Source: Candidatus Magasanikiibacteriota bacterium
GTDB lineage: Bacteria; Patescibacteriota; Patescibacteriia; Magasanikbacterales; GWA2-37-8
DNA length: 64,000 bases
NCBI GenBank assembly: GCA_016189025.1
Contig: JACPGS010000018.1
Span: 6,921 to 70,920 of the forward strand
Direction of reading: 5' to 3'
Of the stretch, positions 34,973 to 43,898 are shown piece by piece. Made by a program: the position numbers and the translations under genes. The stretch's first letter is position 1. The number at the start of each line of letters is the position of its first letter. Below the pieces are notes generated by a model. The model was given only the letters and a program-made list of their open reading frames with translations. It ran no database searches and was not told the origin of the DNA.

Positions 34973-35584
34973 TTAACGGGTAATGCGATGGCTTAAAGCA
35001 TTGCCGAGCGTGATATCATCGGCATAGCGCAGATCGGCGCCGAGCGGCAGGCCGCGGGCCAGGCGGGTGATGATTAGCTGGGGGTTGATCCGCTTTAATT
35101 CGCGCTCCAAGTAAAGCATGGTGGTTTCGCCCGGCAAGTCCGGATTCAGCGCCAGCACTACTTCGGAAATTTTGGTTTTCCCTTCGCCCGTTTTGACGCG
35201 GGCCAGCAGCTCTTTGATTTTAAGTTTGGGCAGATTTTCCGCCTCGGTGGCGTCAATTACGCCGCGCAGCACATGGTAGAGCCCGCGCCAGGCGCCGGTG
35301 CGCTCCAGGGCCGCGAGATCGGCCGGTTCAGCTACCACGCACACGGTGGTGCGGTCGCGTTTAGCATCGCGGCAAATCGGGCAAGGGGAAGCATCGCTAA
35401 AATTCCAGCAGCGCTCGCAACTCTTTACCGTTTCCATCAGTTTCTTCAGCGCCAGCACCAGTTCGCCCACTTCGCGCTTGCCGGATTTAAGCCAGTGGAA
35501 GATATAGCGCTCGGCCGTATGCGCTCCGACGCCGGGGAGTTTTTTCAGGGCAGTAAGGAGGCGTTCAATGGAGGGAGAGTACAT
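34973..35584 (-). CDS. recR: Recombination protein RecR
   Basis: HhH (LTALKKLPGVGAHTAERYIF), C4 zinc finger (CERCWNFSDASPCPIC) and Toprim (TVCVVAEPADLAALE). Confidence 0.9.
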   Translation of the reverse strand: MYSPSIERLLTALKKLPGVGAHTAERYIFHWLKSGKREVGELVLALKKLMETVKSCERCWNFSDASPCPICRDAKRDRTTVCVVAEPADLAALERTGAWRGLYHVLRGVIDATEAENLPKLKIKELLARVKTGEGKTKISEVVLALNPDLPGETTMLYLERELKRINPQLIITRLARGLPLGADLRYADDITLGNALSHRITR

Positions 35585-35591
35585 AAGCTGA

Positions 35592-35777
35592 AACTGCAGA
35601 AGAATGCTAACTGTATAGTTGTTCGCCCGGTCGCTATCGCTATTGCTAAATTTAACCTGGTTGGTCGCGGCAGACACTCTTTGGGTGCTCCCCCCGCCTA
35701 CGCGGGGGCTGCGCGCCCAAAGACACTCGTCTGCCGCGCCCTGATGCTAACTGGTTATTTCTATTCTTCTACAGTCT
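35592..35777. mobile_element. Family-B MITE-like element, full length with terminal inverted repeats
   Basis: Left TIR aactgcagaagaatgc, right TIR tattcttctacagtc. The internal stem is GGCAGACACTCTTTGGG…CCCAAAGACACTCGTCTGCC, with inner hairpin CCCCCCGCCTACGCGGGGG. Confidence 0.6.
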
Positions 35778-35784
35778 TAAACTC

Positions 35785-36102
35785 CTAACTCATCCCGGGC
35801 AATTTGAAATCTCCGCTTTGCTGCATTTTGCCGGCCACCATCCGCTGCACCTTTTTCAGCGCTTCGTTGTGGGCGTCTTTAATCGCCGTTTCCAGCCGGG
35901 TTTTTTCCGCCGGCGCCAATAGCCCCGGGTCAATGGCAATGCCGCTCATCGCCAGGTTGCCGTCCAGGGTAATTACCACTTTATTGCCGGCGGCCTGGCC
36001 GGTGGCGGCCACCCCTTGCAGCAGACCCTGCATTTTTTTGCCCTGCTGGCGCAGGTCCTTGAATTGTTTGAGTTTGGTGACGAGAGACATAGATAAAAAC
36101 AT
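35785..36102 (-). CDS. ybaB: Nucleoid-associated protein YbaB/EbfC
   Basis: …GKKMQGLLQGVAATGQAAGNKVVITLDGNLAMSGIAIDPGLL… is the YbaB fold signature. Confidence 0.85.
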   Translation of the reverse strand: MFLSMSLVTKLKQFKDLRQQGKKMQGLLQGVAATGQAAGNKVVITLDGNLAMSGIAIDPGLLAPAEKTRLETAIKDAHNEALKKVQRMVAGKMQQSGDFKLPGMS

Positions 36103-36122
36103 TGGTAAATAATCTTGCCGTA

Positions 36123-36779
36123 TTATTTTTCTTTTATTAAGGCAACTCTAAATCCAGCTTTAAGCGCCTGCTCCTTAGAAATTATTTGACCATCGGCAAA
36201 TTCACAGTTAGTCAGAGGGGACGCGGACAAAAGCTTGGCGGCTGGATAAACTTTAACTAAAATTTTATGACCCAACGTTGGGTTGTAGGCAAAACATAAA
36301 AACGATCTGTTTACCGCCGGCGCCTCTATGTCGGCATGCAGAATAAAATTAATAATTGGCGGTTTTTCCATTGCCGCCCTGGTAGTCCTTGGGTGTTCAC
36401 GCCTAACTACTGTTAATTTTACGTCTTCCGGCAAAGCTGCGACCTCGGCACTACCGTCATAACCCGGTATGCTCGCTTCAAATACTTGCCAATCATCGTA
36501 GCCCTCGCCCCCCTTATCTCGATTGCTAAAAGCATTGGGAAACGGCAACTCTTGCCATTTGGCTCTCCTCACCTCTTCTACTGTGACTGGTTTAGAAAAG
36601 GACCAGGGTTTTGGCCTTTGACTATAACCAGTTTGGTCAAGTACTCGCTGTATCCCCTCATCACTTTCTCTAGCTAATCCCTCGTGCGCGTTATGATAAA
36701 AATCGTTGGGTCGGTTTCGCTGCGGCGGTTGGTCCCGCTTGCCTACCCACGAAAAAAACCTATGCAGTGTGTCGCTCAT
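36123..36779 (-). CDS. Hypothetical protein (lower G+C than flanks)
   Basis: A 218-aa ORF between ybaB and dnaB with no recognised motifs. Confidence 0.4.
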   Translation of the reverse strand: MSDTLHRFFSWVGKRDQPPQRNRPNDFYHNAHEGLARESDEGIQRVLDQTGYSQRPKPWSFSKPVTVEEVRRAKWQELPFPNAFSNRDKGGEGYDDWQVFEASIPGYDGSAEVAALPEDVKLTVVRREHPRTTRAAMEKPPIINFILHADIEAPAVNRSFLCFAYNPTLGHKILVKVYPAAKLLSASPLTNCEFADGQIISKEQALKAGFRVALIKEK

Positions 36780-36802
36780 ATTTGGAGGTTAATGTGTTAA
36801 TA

Positions 36803-38239
36803 CTAAAACTGCGGTTTGCCACCCCAGCGCGAGCCGGTTTCTGCCGGGGCCGGCGGCGGGGCCGAGGGCAGGGGCGCAAAAGTGCTGTCCAGATTGCGGA
36901 AAGAAACGTAGTTTTCGTTAAACGATAATTTCACCAGGCCGGTGGGGCCGTTGCGGTGCTTGGCAATGTGGATTTCGGCGACCGTGCGCTCGTCCGGCGC
37001 CACGTCTTCCAGGCGATAATTGCGGTCCGCGGCCTTGCGGTAAATGAACAGCACCACGTCCGCATCCTGCTCAATGGAGCCGGACTCGCGCAGGTGCGAC
37101 AGTTTGGGAATGGCGGGTTTGCTCTGTTCCACCACGCGCGCGAGCTGGGAAAGCGCGATTACCGGGATATTCAGTTCGCGGGCAATGCCCTTTAATCCGC
37201 GGGTGATTTGCGCCACCTCCTGCACGCGGTTCTCAAAACTAGTCTGCGATTCCATCAGTTGCAGGTAGTCCACTACAATCATCCCCAGGCCGTGTTCCAC
37301 CTGCAGCCGGCGCGCTTTGGTGCGAATCTGCATAATGGTGATATTGGGCGTGTCATCAATAAAAATCGGCGCTTCCGAGAGTATGCCAATCGCGTGGCCG
37401 ATGCGGGGGAAGTCGTCATCTTCGGGGCGGTCCGAAAGCCGCCCGGTGCGCATTTTCCACAAATCCACGTTGGCTTCGGCACACAACAGCCGGTCTACCA
37501 GCTGTTCTTTGCTCATTTCCAGGGAAAACAGCCCTACCGGCTGCTGCTCGCGCACCGCCACCTGGCGGACAATATCCAGGGCAAGCGAAGTTTTGCCGAC
37601 CGAAGGCCGGGCCGCAATAATTATCAAGTCCGAGCGCTGCAGGCCGGCCAGCAGATTATCGAGCGCCGCAAACCCGCTGGCAATGCCGCGCAGTTTGCCG
37701 CGGTGGCGGTGCAGCTCGTCAATGCGGTCGAATGCTTCGGTCAGTACGCCGCGAATGGGAATAAAACCTTGCTTGAAGTAAACCTGGGAAACCCCGAATA
37801 TCTGGCGTTGCGCTTCGTCCAGCACCTGCTCAATATCCTCGGTGGTTTCTTCAAAGGAAATTTTAGTGATTTCTTGCGCCGCGCCCAGCAGGCGCCGGCG
37901 GGTGGCTTTGCGGTGGACAATGTAGGCATAGTGCGCCACATTGGAGGCGGTGGGCACCGTATTGGTAAGCTCGGCCAGGTAGGTGCGCCCGCCAATGGCC
38001 GCCAGTTCGTTTTTTTCTTCCAGGCGGGTGCTTAAGGTAAGCAAATCAATGGGTTGGTTTTTTTCAAATAGCTCCAGAATCACTTCATAAATTTTAGTGT
38101 GGGCGTCTTTGTAAAAATCTTCCGGCCGCACGATGTCGGCGATTTTCAAGAGGGCGTCTTTATCAATCAAAAGCGAGCCGAGGAGCGACATTTCCGCTTC
38201 CAGGCTTTGGGGAGGGATTTTGCCGAGGTCGTCTGGCAT
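36803..38239 (-). CDS. dnaB: Replicative DNA helicase DnaB
   Basis: Walker A (IIIAARPSVGKTSLALDI), Walker B, and the N-terminal DnaB domain. Confidence 0.9.
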   Translation of the reverse strand: MPDDLGKIPPQSLEAEMSLLGSLLIDKDALLKIADIVRPEDFYKDAHTKIYEVILELFEKNQPIDLLTLSTRLEEKNELAAIGGRTYLAELTNTVPTASNVAHYAYIVHRKATRRRLLGAAQEITKISFEETTEDIEQVLDEAQRQIFGVSQVYFKQGFIPIRGVLTEAFDRIDELHRHRGKLRGIASGFAALDNLLAGLQRSDLIIIAARPSVGKTSLALDIVRQVAVREQQPVGLFSLEMSKEQLVDRLLCAEANVDLWKMRTGRLSDRPEDDDFPRIGHAIGILSEAPIFIDDTPNITIMQIRTKARRLQVEHGLGMIVVDYLQLMESQTSFENRVQEVAQITRGLKGIARELNIPVIALSQLARVVEQSKPAIPKLSHLRESGSIEQDADVVLFIYRKAADRNYRLEDVAPDERTVAEIHIAKHRNGPTGLVKLSFNENYVSFRNLDSTFAPLPSAPPPAPAETGSRWGGKPQF

Positions 38240-38456
38240 AGGGTGAGGATAGTAGGACGGTAGGAAAGTAGGATTGTAGAATGGTGTAAGACGGCAGGAG
38301 AGGCGGATATAGAGTAACCCAGAAGGGGCAGAACAGCAAGGGTGTACGATGGGGAGAAAATGTGGGCAGAATCAGGCGCTTCTTTTTTTGCCGCTCCTCG
38401 CGTATACTATTGGCTAGTATTCCCTTATGAGCTGTGAATTACGAAACTGCCATAAC

Positions 38457-38566
38457 CTGGTCGCTCGGTCGTGGTAGACACCCTCCGTGCTCGATCCCGA
38501 CTTCGTCGGGACTGCGCGCGTAGGGAACCCGTCTACCACTCCCTCGCTCAGTTTAGTAATTCAAAG
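38457..38566. repeat. Family-A structured repeat with TIR-like flanks
   Basis: gaattacgaaac…ctggtcgctcggtcGTGGTAGAC…cgatCCCGACTTCGTCGGGAct…GTCTACCActccctcgctcagtttagtaattc. Confidence 0.55.
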
Positions 38567-38569
38567 CTT

Positions 38570-40459
38570 ATGAGATTGTTGCGTTTAGTGGCCGCGGTCT
38601 ACCTGGTGTTGCTCGCAGCCGGTTTTTACCTCTTGGCGATTTCCCGCACCGGAGAATCAGTCGCTTCGCCCTGGCAGACCATCCGCCCGGCCTATCTTTA
38701 TGTATTTTTCGCCGCTACCCTGGCGCTCGGGGCATTGGTAATTTGGGGGCGGGGGAGAGTAAAGTGGCTGTTAGCGGCGCTGATTTTCTATTCCCTATTG
38801 CTCCACAGCTATTTGCCGTTGACTCATGAATTAGTGTACGGCGCGGATCAGTGGCGGCATATGGCGGTGGAGGCGCGTTTGGTGGCCGGGCAGCCGCTCT
38901 TAAAGCCGATGTTGCGGCAAGGTGTCAGCAGCTGGTTGAGCATCGGCGATTTTGCTTATAGCGGGCTTTGGAGTATCAGCGCGCTTCTTGCTAAGGCGTT
39001 TTCCGGCCGGGCGTATTTCTTGGTAAATTATAGCCTAATTCACATCAGCAAATGGCTGGTGCCGATTATCTGGTCGGCTGCTTTTCCTTTGCTGTTGTTT
39101 TATTTGGGCCGGAGTTTAGAGTGGAGCAATCGCCGCTCGTTATTTTTAGTCTGGTTAAGCGCCCTGCCTTTTGCTCTGCAGGCCACCGGCTCGCTGACGC
39201 TCCCCAGTAGCCTAGGATTTCTCTGGTGGCTGGGGGGGTTGGTGATTTTAGTCCGGCATTTTGCCCAGCCGACGCGGCGCCAGCTTTGGGCGCTCGGCGG
39301 CATTGGCTTGGTTTTGATTTTTAATCATACGCTTTATTTGATTCTTTTTATCTTAATTTGGGCGCTGGCAGAAATTCTGCGCTGGCGGGTGGCGGGAAAA
39401 TTTTTGCCGGCCTCGGTGATTATTCTTACTTTAGCGGTAGCGGTTACTTTACCAGCAGTGGAATGGGGGGCCGGTTATTTAGAGCAGGGGAGTGGCCGCC
39501 CGGCGTTTGCTTCCGTCAAACAGCTGCTAGGCAATTTGACTGCGGTCTATTTGGCGTCTGGCCCGCGGCCGCACGACATTGCTATCGGCAATATCCTATT
39601 TAATCAAATACCCGGCGGGGCTTTCGTGGCCAATTTTTTTACGGCCTGGCGCTGGTGGCTGCCGGTATTCGCCCTGTTGTTTTGGGCCGGGGTAATTTAT
39701 GGTTTGATAATTGCCTGGCGCAGTCAGCGGCGAGAATTATTATTAGTAATGATTTTGACAATGGGATTAAGTATCAGTTATGTTGCCGCCCGCTATTGGT
39801 TAGACGGCGAACAGATACTCAATCGCCGCCTGGATCCGGTGCTGGCATTTTTGTCTGTGGTTAGCATTATCATTGCGCTGCCGGCAGTAGCACAACGTTT
39901 TCCTTGGCGGCGTCAGCGAGCCGCCGGATTGGTCGGCTTAGTGATATTATCCAGCGCGATTACTGCCTCGTATTCGCTGGGCCCTGACCTGCCCACCGTC
40001 AGCCGCGATGAGTATCGCGCCATGCAGTATGTGGGGCAGCAGGAGGAGGGTAGTAAGCGCCATTGTGTGATTGCCGACACGATGCCGCTCTTGGCTTTAG
40101 AGGCGATTTCTGGGCGGGAAGTTATCGGGGGAGGATTCCCGATTGATCAATACTTTGCCCAGCCGGAGTTGGCGCGTTTTCGAGCGCAGCTGGATAAAGG
40201 ATTTTTTGAGTGGGATAGCGAAACCGCCTATCAGCTTACCGGCAGCCAGCAGTGTTGGTGGGTTAAAACTGATGCTAAAATGGCGGCCGGACTGGCGCGC
40301 GGCCCGGGGCCGGTTACTAACGTCAAAATATTTGGCAAAACCGTGGTTGTGCGCTATACTCAAGCCAACGCTTCCTACGCGCCGCCGGCGCCCCAAGATT
40401 TTTGGCCGGGGATTGTGCCGCTGGAGGTTGACGGACGCTCGATAAAAAGTAGTTTTTAG
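38570..40459 (+). CDS. Large polytopic membrane protein (putative membrane glycosyltransferase-like / YfhO-like)
   Basis: More than 12 predicted TM helices and a C-terminal soluble domain. Start placed at the ATG 38570 after repeat A. Confidence 0.4.
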   Translation: MRLLRLVAAVYLVLLAAGFYLLAISRTGESVASPWQTIRPAYLYVFFAATLALGALVIWGRGRVKWLLAALIFYSLLLHSYLPLTHELVYGADQWRHMAVEARLVAGQPLLKPMLRQGVSSWLSIGDFAYSGLWSISALLAKAFSGRAYFLVNYSLIHISKWLVPIIWSAAFPLLLFYLGRSLEWSNRRSLFLVWLSALPFALQATGSLTLPSSLGFLWWLGGLVILVRHFAQPTRRQLWALGGIGLVLIFNHTLYLILFILIWALAEILRWRVAGKFLPASVIILTLAVAVTLPAVEWGAGYLEQGSGRPAFASVKQLLGNLTAVYLASGPRPHDIAIGNILFNQIPGGAFVANFFTAWRWWLPVFALLFWAGVIYGLIIAWRSQRRELLLVMILTMGLSISYVAARYWLDGEQILNRRLDPVLAFLSVVSIIIALPAVAQRFPWRRQRAAGLVGLVILSSAITASYSLGPDLPTVSRDEYRAMQYVGQQEEGSKRHCVIADTMPLLALEAISGREVIGGGFPIDQYFAQPELARFRAQLDKGFFEWDSETAYQLTGSQQCWWVKTDAKMAAGLARGPGPVTNVKIFGKTVVVRYTQANASYAPPAPQDFWPGIVPLEVDGRSIKSSF

Positions 40460-40479
40460 CTGACCTCAACTAATGCCTT

Positions 40480-40968
40480 ATGAAAATCAGAATATTCGTA
40501 ACCGGCGGGACTTTTGATAAAGAGTATAACGAGCTTGACGGTTTACTCTTTTTTAAAGATACCCACCTGCCGGAAATGCTTGCCTTAGGGCGGTCTCGCG
40601 TCCCGGTAGATATTCGCACTTTAATGATGATTGACAGTCTGGAAATGACCGACGCGGAACGAGAAATTATCGCCCAAAACTGTATTAAAACCGATGAAAA
40701 TAAAATTATCATCACCCATGGCACTGATACTATAGTGGAAACCGCCCGGGTGCTCGCGGCCGGGGTTATCGGCAAGACGGTCGTGTTGGTCGGTGCGATG
40801 ATTCCCTATAAATTTGGCAGTTCCGACGGCCTGTTTAATCTGGGTAGTGCGCTCGCCTTTGTCCAAATCTTACCGGCCGGCGTGTATATCGCCATGAACG
40901 GGCGCTACTTTACTTGGGACAATTGCCGCAAGAATAAAAAAACCGGAGAATTTGAGGAAATCAAGTAA
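40480..40968 (+). CDS. Asparaginase-family N-terminal-domain protein (single domain, 162 aa)
   Basis: IRIFVTGGTFD (cf. TGGTIA) and ITHGTDTIVETA (cf. HGTDTM) match asparaginase N-domain motifs. There is no C-domain. Confidence 0.5.
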   Translation: MKIRIFVTGGTFDKEYNELDGLLFFKDTHLPEMLALGRSRVPVDIRTLMMIDSLEMTDAEREIIAQNCIKTDENKIIITHGTDTIVETARVLAAGVIGKTVVLVGAMIPYKFGSSDGLFNLGSALAFVQILPAGVYIAMNGRYFTWDNCRKNKKTGEFEEIK

Positions 40969-40977
40969 ATCATTTTT

Positions 40978-41388
40978 ATGCCCCCAGCTGATTGTCTTTT
41001 TTGTAAAATCATTGCCGGAGAAATTCCTAATTATACTGTGTATGAGGATACCCAGGTGCTGGCGTTTTTAGACATTAATCCTTGCGCTAAAGGTCATACC
41101 GTGATTGTGCCGAAAAAACACCTGGCGACCCTGATTGAAATGACCGAAACCCAGTGGCGCGCTACGTTAGAAGGCGTGCGCCAGGCCTTGCGGCGGGTAG
41201 AGGCGGCCTTGCAGCCCGATGGTTTTAACATCGGCATCAACGATCGGCCGGCCGGCGGCCAGGTAGTGCCGCACGTGCACTGGCACATTATTCCCCGCTG
41301 GCAGGGCGACGGCGGCGGCTCCATCCACTCTATCATTAAGGGCAAAGATGCGGGGGACGTTAAAGAGACAGCAAAGTTGTTTAAGTGA
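40978..41388 (+). CDS. HIT-family (histidine triad) hydrolase
   Basis: HTVIVPKKH…HVHWHIIPR histidine triad. Confidence 0.85.
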   Translation: MPPADCLFCKIIAGEIPNYTVYEDTQVLAFLDINPCAKGHTVIVPKKHLATLIEMTETQWRATLEGVRQALRRVEAALQPDGFNIGINDRPAGGQVVPHVHWHIIPRWQGDGGGSIHSIIKGKDAGDVKETAKLFK

Positions 41389-41410
41389 AATTACGGCTTT
41401 CGCGTCTTCT

Positions 41411-41528
41411 GTCATCCCGAGCGAAGCCCTGACTAAGTCGGGGCGAAGCCGAGGGATCCCTTGACAATTGGTGTAAGGGATTCCTCCGCTCCCCCGTACC
41501 ATTCTGGTACAGGGTCGGTCGGAATGAC
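41411..41528. repeat. PE palindromic element, intergenic full-length copy
   Basis: gtcatcccgagcgaagccCTGACTAAGTCGGGgcgaagccgagggatccc…gggattcctccgctcccc…ggtcggtcggaatgac. Confidence 0.55.
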
Positions 41529-41545
41529 AGTTGAATGACAATAGT

Positions 41546-41572
41546 AACAACCTCGTGGAGGTTGTTTTTTTA
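41546..41572 (+). terminator. Rho-independent terminator after the HIT gene
   Basis: AACAACCTCgtgGAGGTTGTTttttttt. Confidence 0.55.
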
Positions 41573-41598
41573 GGTTAAGCGCGCTATAATAAGCATAT

Positions 41599-43695
41599 AT
41601 GGATACAACAGATGCCAGCAAAGCCGCCCTGGCCGAGGCCGCGGCAGCGCCCGCGACCCCGCCCGGCAATCCGGAAATCAATTTTTTTGCCCTCACCAAT
41701 TACCGCAACCAAAACCGGCGGTTTGGCATTAAATTGGACGACCGGCGGCGGCACGTGTACGTGGTCGGCAAAACCGGGATGGGCAAAACCACCATGCTGG
41801 AAAACATGATTTTAAACGATATTTATGCTGGGCACGGCGTAGGCGTGGTGGACCCCCACGGCGATTTGGCCGAAAAAATCCTGGATTTTATTCCTCCCCA
41901 GCGCATCAATGACATTGTCTATTTTAACCCTTCGGACATTGATTATCCCATCGGCTTCAATATCCTGGAAACTATCCGTCCCGAGCAGAAGCACCTGGTG
42001 GCGTCGGGGCTGATGGGCGTCTTCAAAAAAATCTGGCCGGACGTGTGGAGCGCGCGTATGGAATATATCCTCAATAACACTATTCTCGCGCTGTTAGATT
42101 TCCCCGGCACCACGCTCCTCGGCATCAACCGGCTGCTCGCCGACCCCGATTACCGGCGCCGCGTAGTCAACAACGTCAAGGATCCCGTGATCAAGGCGTT
42201 CTGGGTTACCGAGTTCGCCAATTACCAGGACAAATTTCGCACCGAAGCGGTGGCGCCGATTCAGAACAAAATCGGGCAATTTTTATCTGCCTCGGTAATC
42301 CGCAATATCGTCGCCCAGGTGCGCTCGCGCATCAACATCCGCGAAATCATGGACAACAAAAAAATCTTTATCATGAATCTGTCTAAAGGGCGCATTGGCG
42401 AGGACAATTCGCGGCTCTTGGGCGGCATGCTCGTTACCCGCATCCAGCTCGCCGCCATGGAGCGGGTGGATATTCTGGAGCCGGCGCGCCAGGATTTCTT
42501 TTTGTATGTGGATGAGTTCCAGAATTTTGCCACCGAGAGTTTTGCCAACATTCTTTCCGAAGCGCGCAAATACCGCCTTAACCTGATTATGGCGCACCAG
42601 TACATGGAGCAGCTGGACGAAGAAGTGCTGGCCGCCGTAATCGGCAACGTGGGCACTTCCGTAGTATTCCGGGTAGGTTCTACCGACGCCGAGATTTTAG
42701 CCAAAGAGTTTATGCCGACCTTTGTGGAAGAGGATTTGGTGAATCTGCCTAAGTTTCATATTTATCTGAAATTGATGATTGACGGCGTGGCGTCGCGTCC
42801 GTTTTCCGCCACTACACTGCCGCCTTTGGCGCAAGTTACCGGGAGCGCCGCCAAAGTTATCCGCGTGTCGCGCGAGCGTTATGCTACGGCCCGCGATAAA
42901 ATTGAAGATAAAATTATGCGCTGGAGCGGGTTGGTGCCGATGGGAGCGGATGAGGCAGCCAGCCTAGAGGTGGACGAAGAGACGGCGCGCTATGTTACCA
43001 GCCGCCCGGCGCCTAGCTCCGAGCGTAGTCGAGGGGCGCCGGCGCCTAAACCAATTCCTCGCGCCAGCCCGCCGGCGGGGGCCAGGATGGCAACCAGAGG
43101 TCAGCCGTCTGCTACCACCGCGCTCCGAGTCAGTGCGCCGGCTACGCCGATGGTTCAGCCGAAACGCCAGGTAATAGCGTCGGATCAGGCGGCGCGCTTG
43201 CCGGCAGTAACGCCGGGGGCGGAGTTGCCGGCCTCGCCGGCGCCGCTGTCTTTAACCAAGCTATCCTCCCCGCCTGCTCCTTGGGGAGAGCAAAGAAGGA
43301 GAAAGAAAAAACGCCGGCGCGGCGGCTTAATTCCGCCGGGCGCGGTGGCGCCGGTGGTACGGGGCGAGCCGGGCGCGCGGGGAATGTCGCTTAGCGAGCT
43401 GGCGCCAAAATCTGCTCCCCCGGCAACTCGCCCCCCGGTAATTCCTCCGCCGGCAACCCGAATGCCTCCACCCGCCCCCGCCAGCCATCCTGCTCCGCCG
43501 CCAGTTTCTGTTCCCTCGTCTCCTCCCGCCCCATCTGCTCCGGCGAATGTCAGTCCGTCTCCCTCTCCTCTTGATTTAGGTTTTTTGCCTGCCCCGAATG
43601 CAGTCAAAGTGCCGCCTTCTCCTCCTCCCGCTGCCCCGCCTGCCAGGATCTCTCCCAAAACCATCCCGCCGGATCAGGTGATTGAGATTGAGTAA
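41599..43695 (+). CDS. VirD4/TraD/TraG-like P-loop ATPase (type-IV coupling-protein family) with Pro-rich low-complexity C-terminal tail
   Basis: Walker A VVGKTGMGKTTML, Walker B FFLYVDEFQNF. About 230 aa of P/A/S-rich tail. Confidence 0.5.
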   Translation: MDTTDASKAALAEAAAAPATPPGNPEINFFALTNYRNQNRRFGIKLDDRRRHVYVVGKTGMGKTTMLENMILNDIYAGHGVGVVDPHGDLAEKILDFIPPQRINDIVYFNPSDIDYPIGFNILETIRPEQKHLVASGLMGVFKKIWPDVWSARMEYILNNTILALLDFPGTTLLGINRLLADPDYRRRVVNNVKDPVIKAFWVTEFANYQDKFRTEAVAPIQNKIGQFLSASVIRNIVAQVRSRINIREIMDNKKIFIMNLSKGRIGEDNSRLLGGMLVTRIQLAAMERVDILEPARQDFFLYVDEFQNFATESFANILSEARKYRLNLIMAHQYMEQLDEEVLAAVIGNVGTSVVFRVGSTDAEILAKEFMPTFVEEDLVNLPKFHIYLKLMIDGVASRPFSATTLPPLAQVTGSAAKVIRVSRERYATARDKIEDKIMRWSGLVPMGADEAASLEVDEETARYVTSRPAPSSERSRGAPAPKPIPRASPPAGARMATRGQPSATTALRVSAPATPMVQPKRQVIASDQAARLPAVTPGAELPASPAPLSLTKLSSPPAPWGEQRRRKKKRRRGGLIPPGAVAPVVRGEPGARGMSLSELAPKSAPPATRPPVIPPPATRMPPPAPASHPAPPPVSVPSSPPAPSAPANVSPSPSPLDLGFLPAPNAVKVPPSPPPAAPPARISPKTIPPDQVIEIE

Positions 43696-43705
43696 TTTGA
43701 ATTGA

Positions 43706-43889
43706 AACTGTAGAAGAATACCAGCAAACTTGCTGTTTGGCTGGTCGCTATCGCTATTGCGGTAACTCACTTGGTTGGTCGCGGCAGACACTCTTTGGGT
43801 GCTCCCCCCGCTTACGCGGGGGTGCGCGCCCAAAGACACTCGTCTGCCGCTCCCTGATGCTAACTAGTTGTTCCTATTCTTTTACAGTC
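43706..43889. mobile_element. Family-B MITE-like element, full length with TIRs
   Basis: Left TIR aactgtagaagaatacc, right TIR tattcttttacagtc. The internal structure is almost identical to the 35592..35777 copy. Confidence 0.6.
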
Positions 43890-43898
43890 TTAATATCT

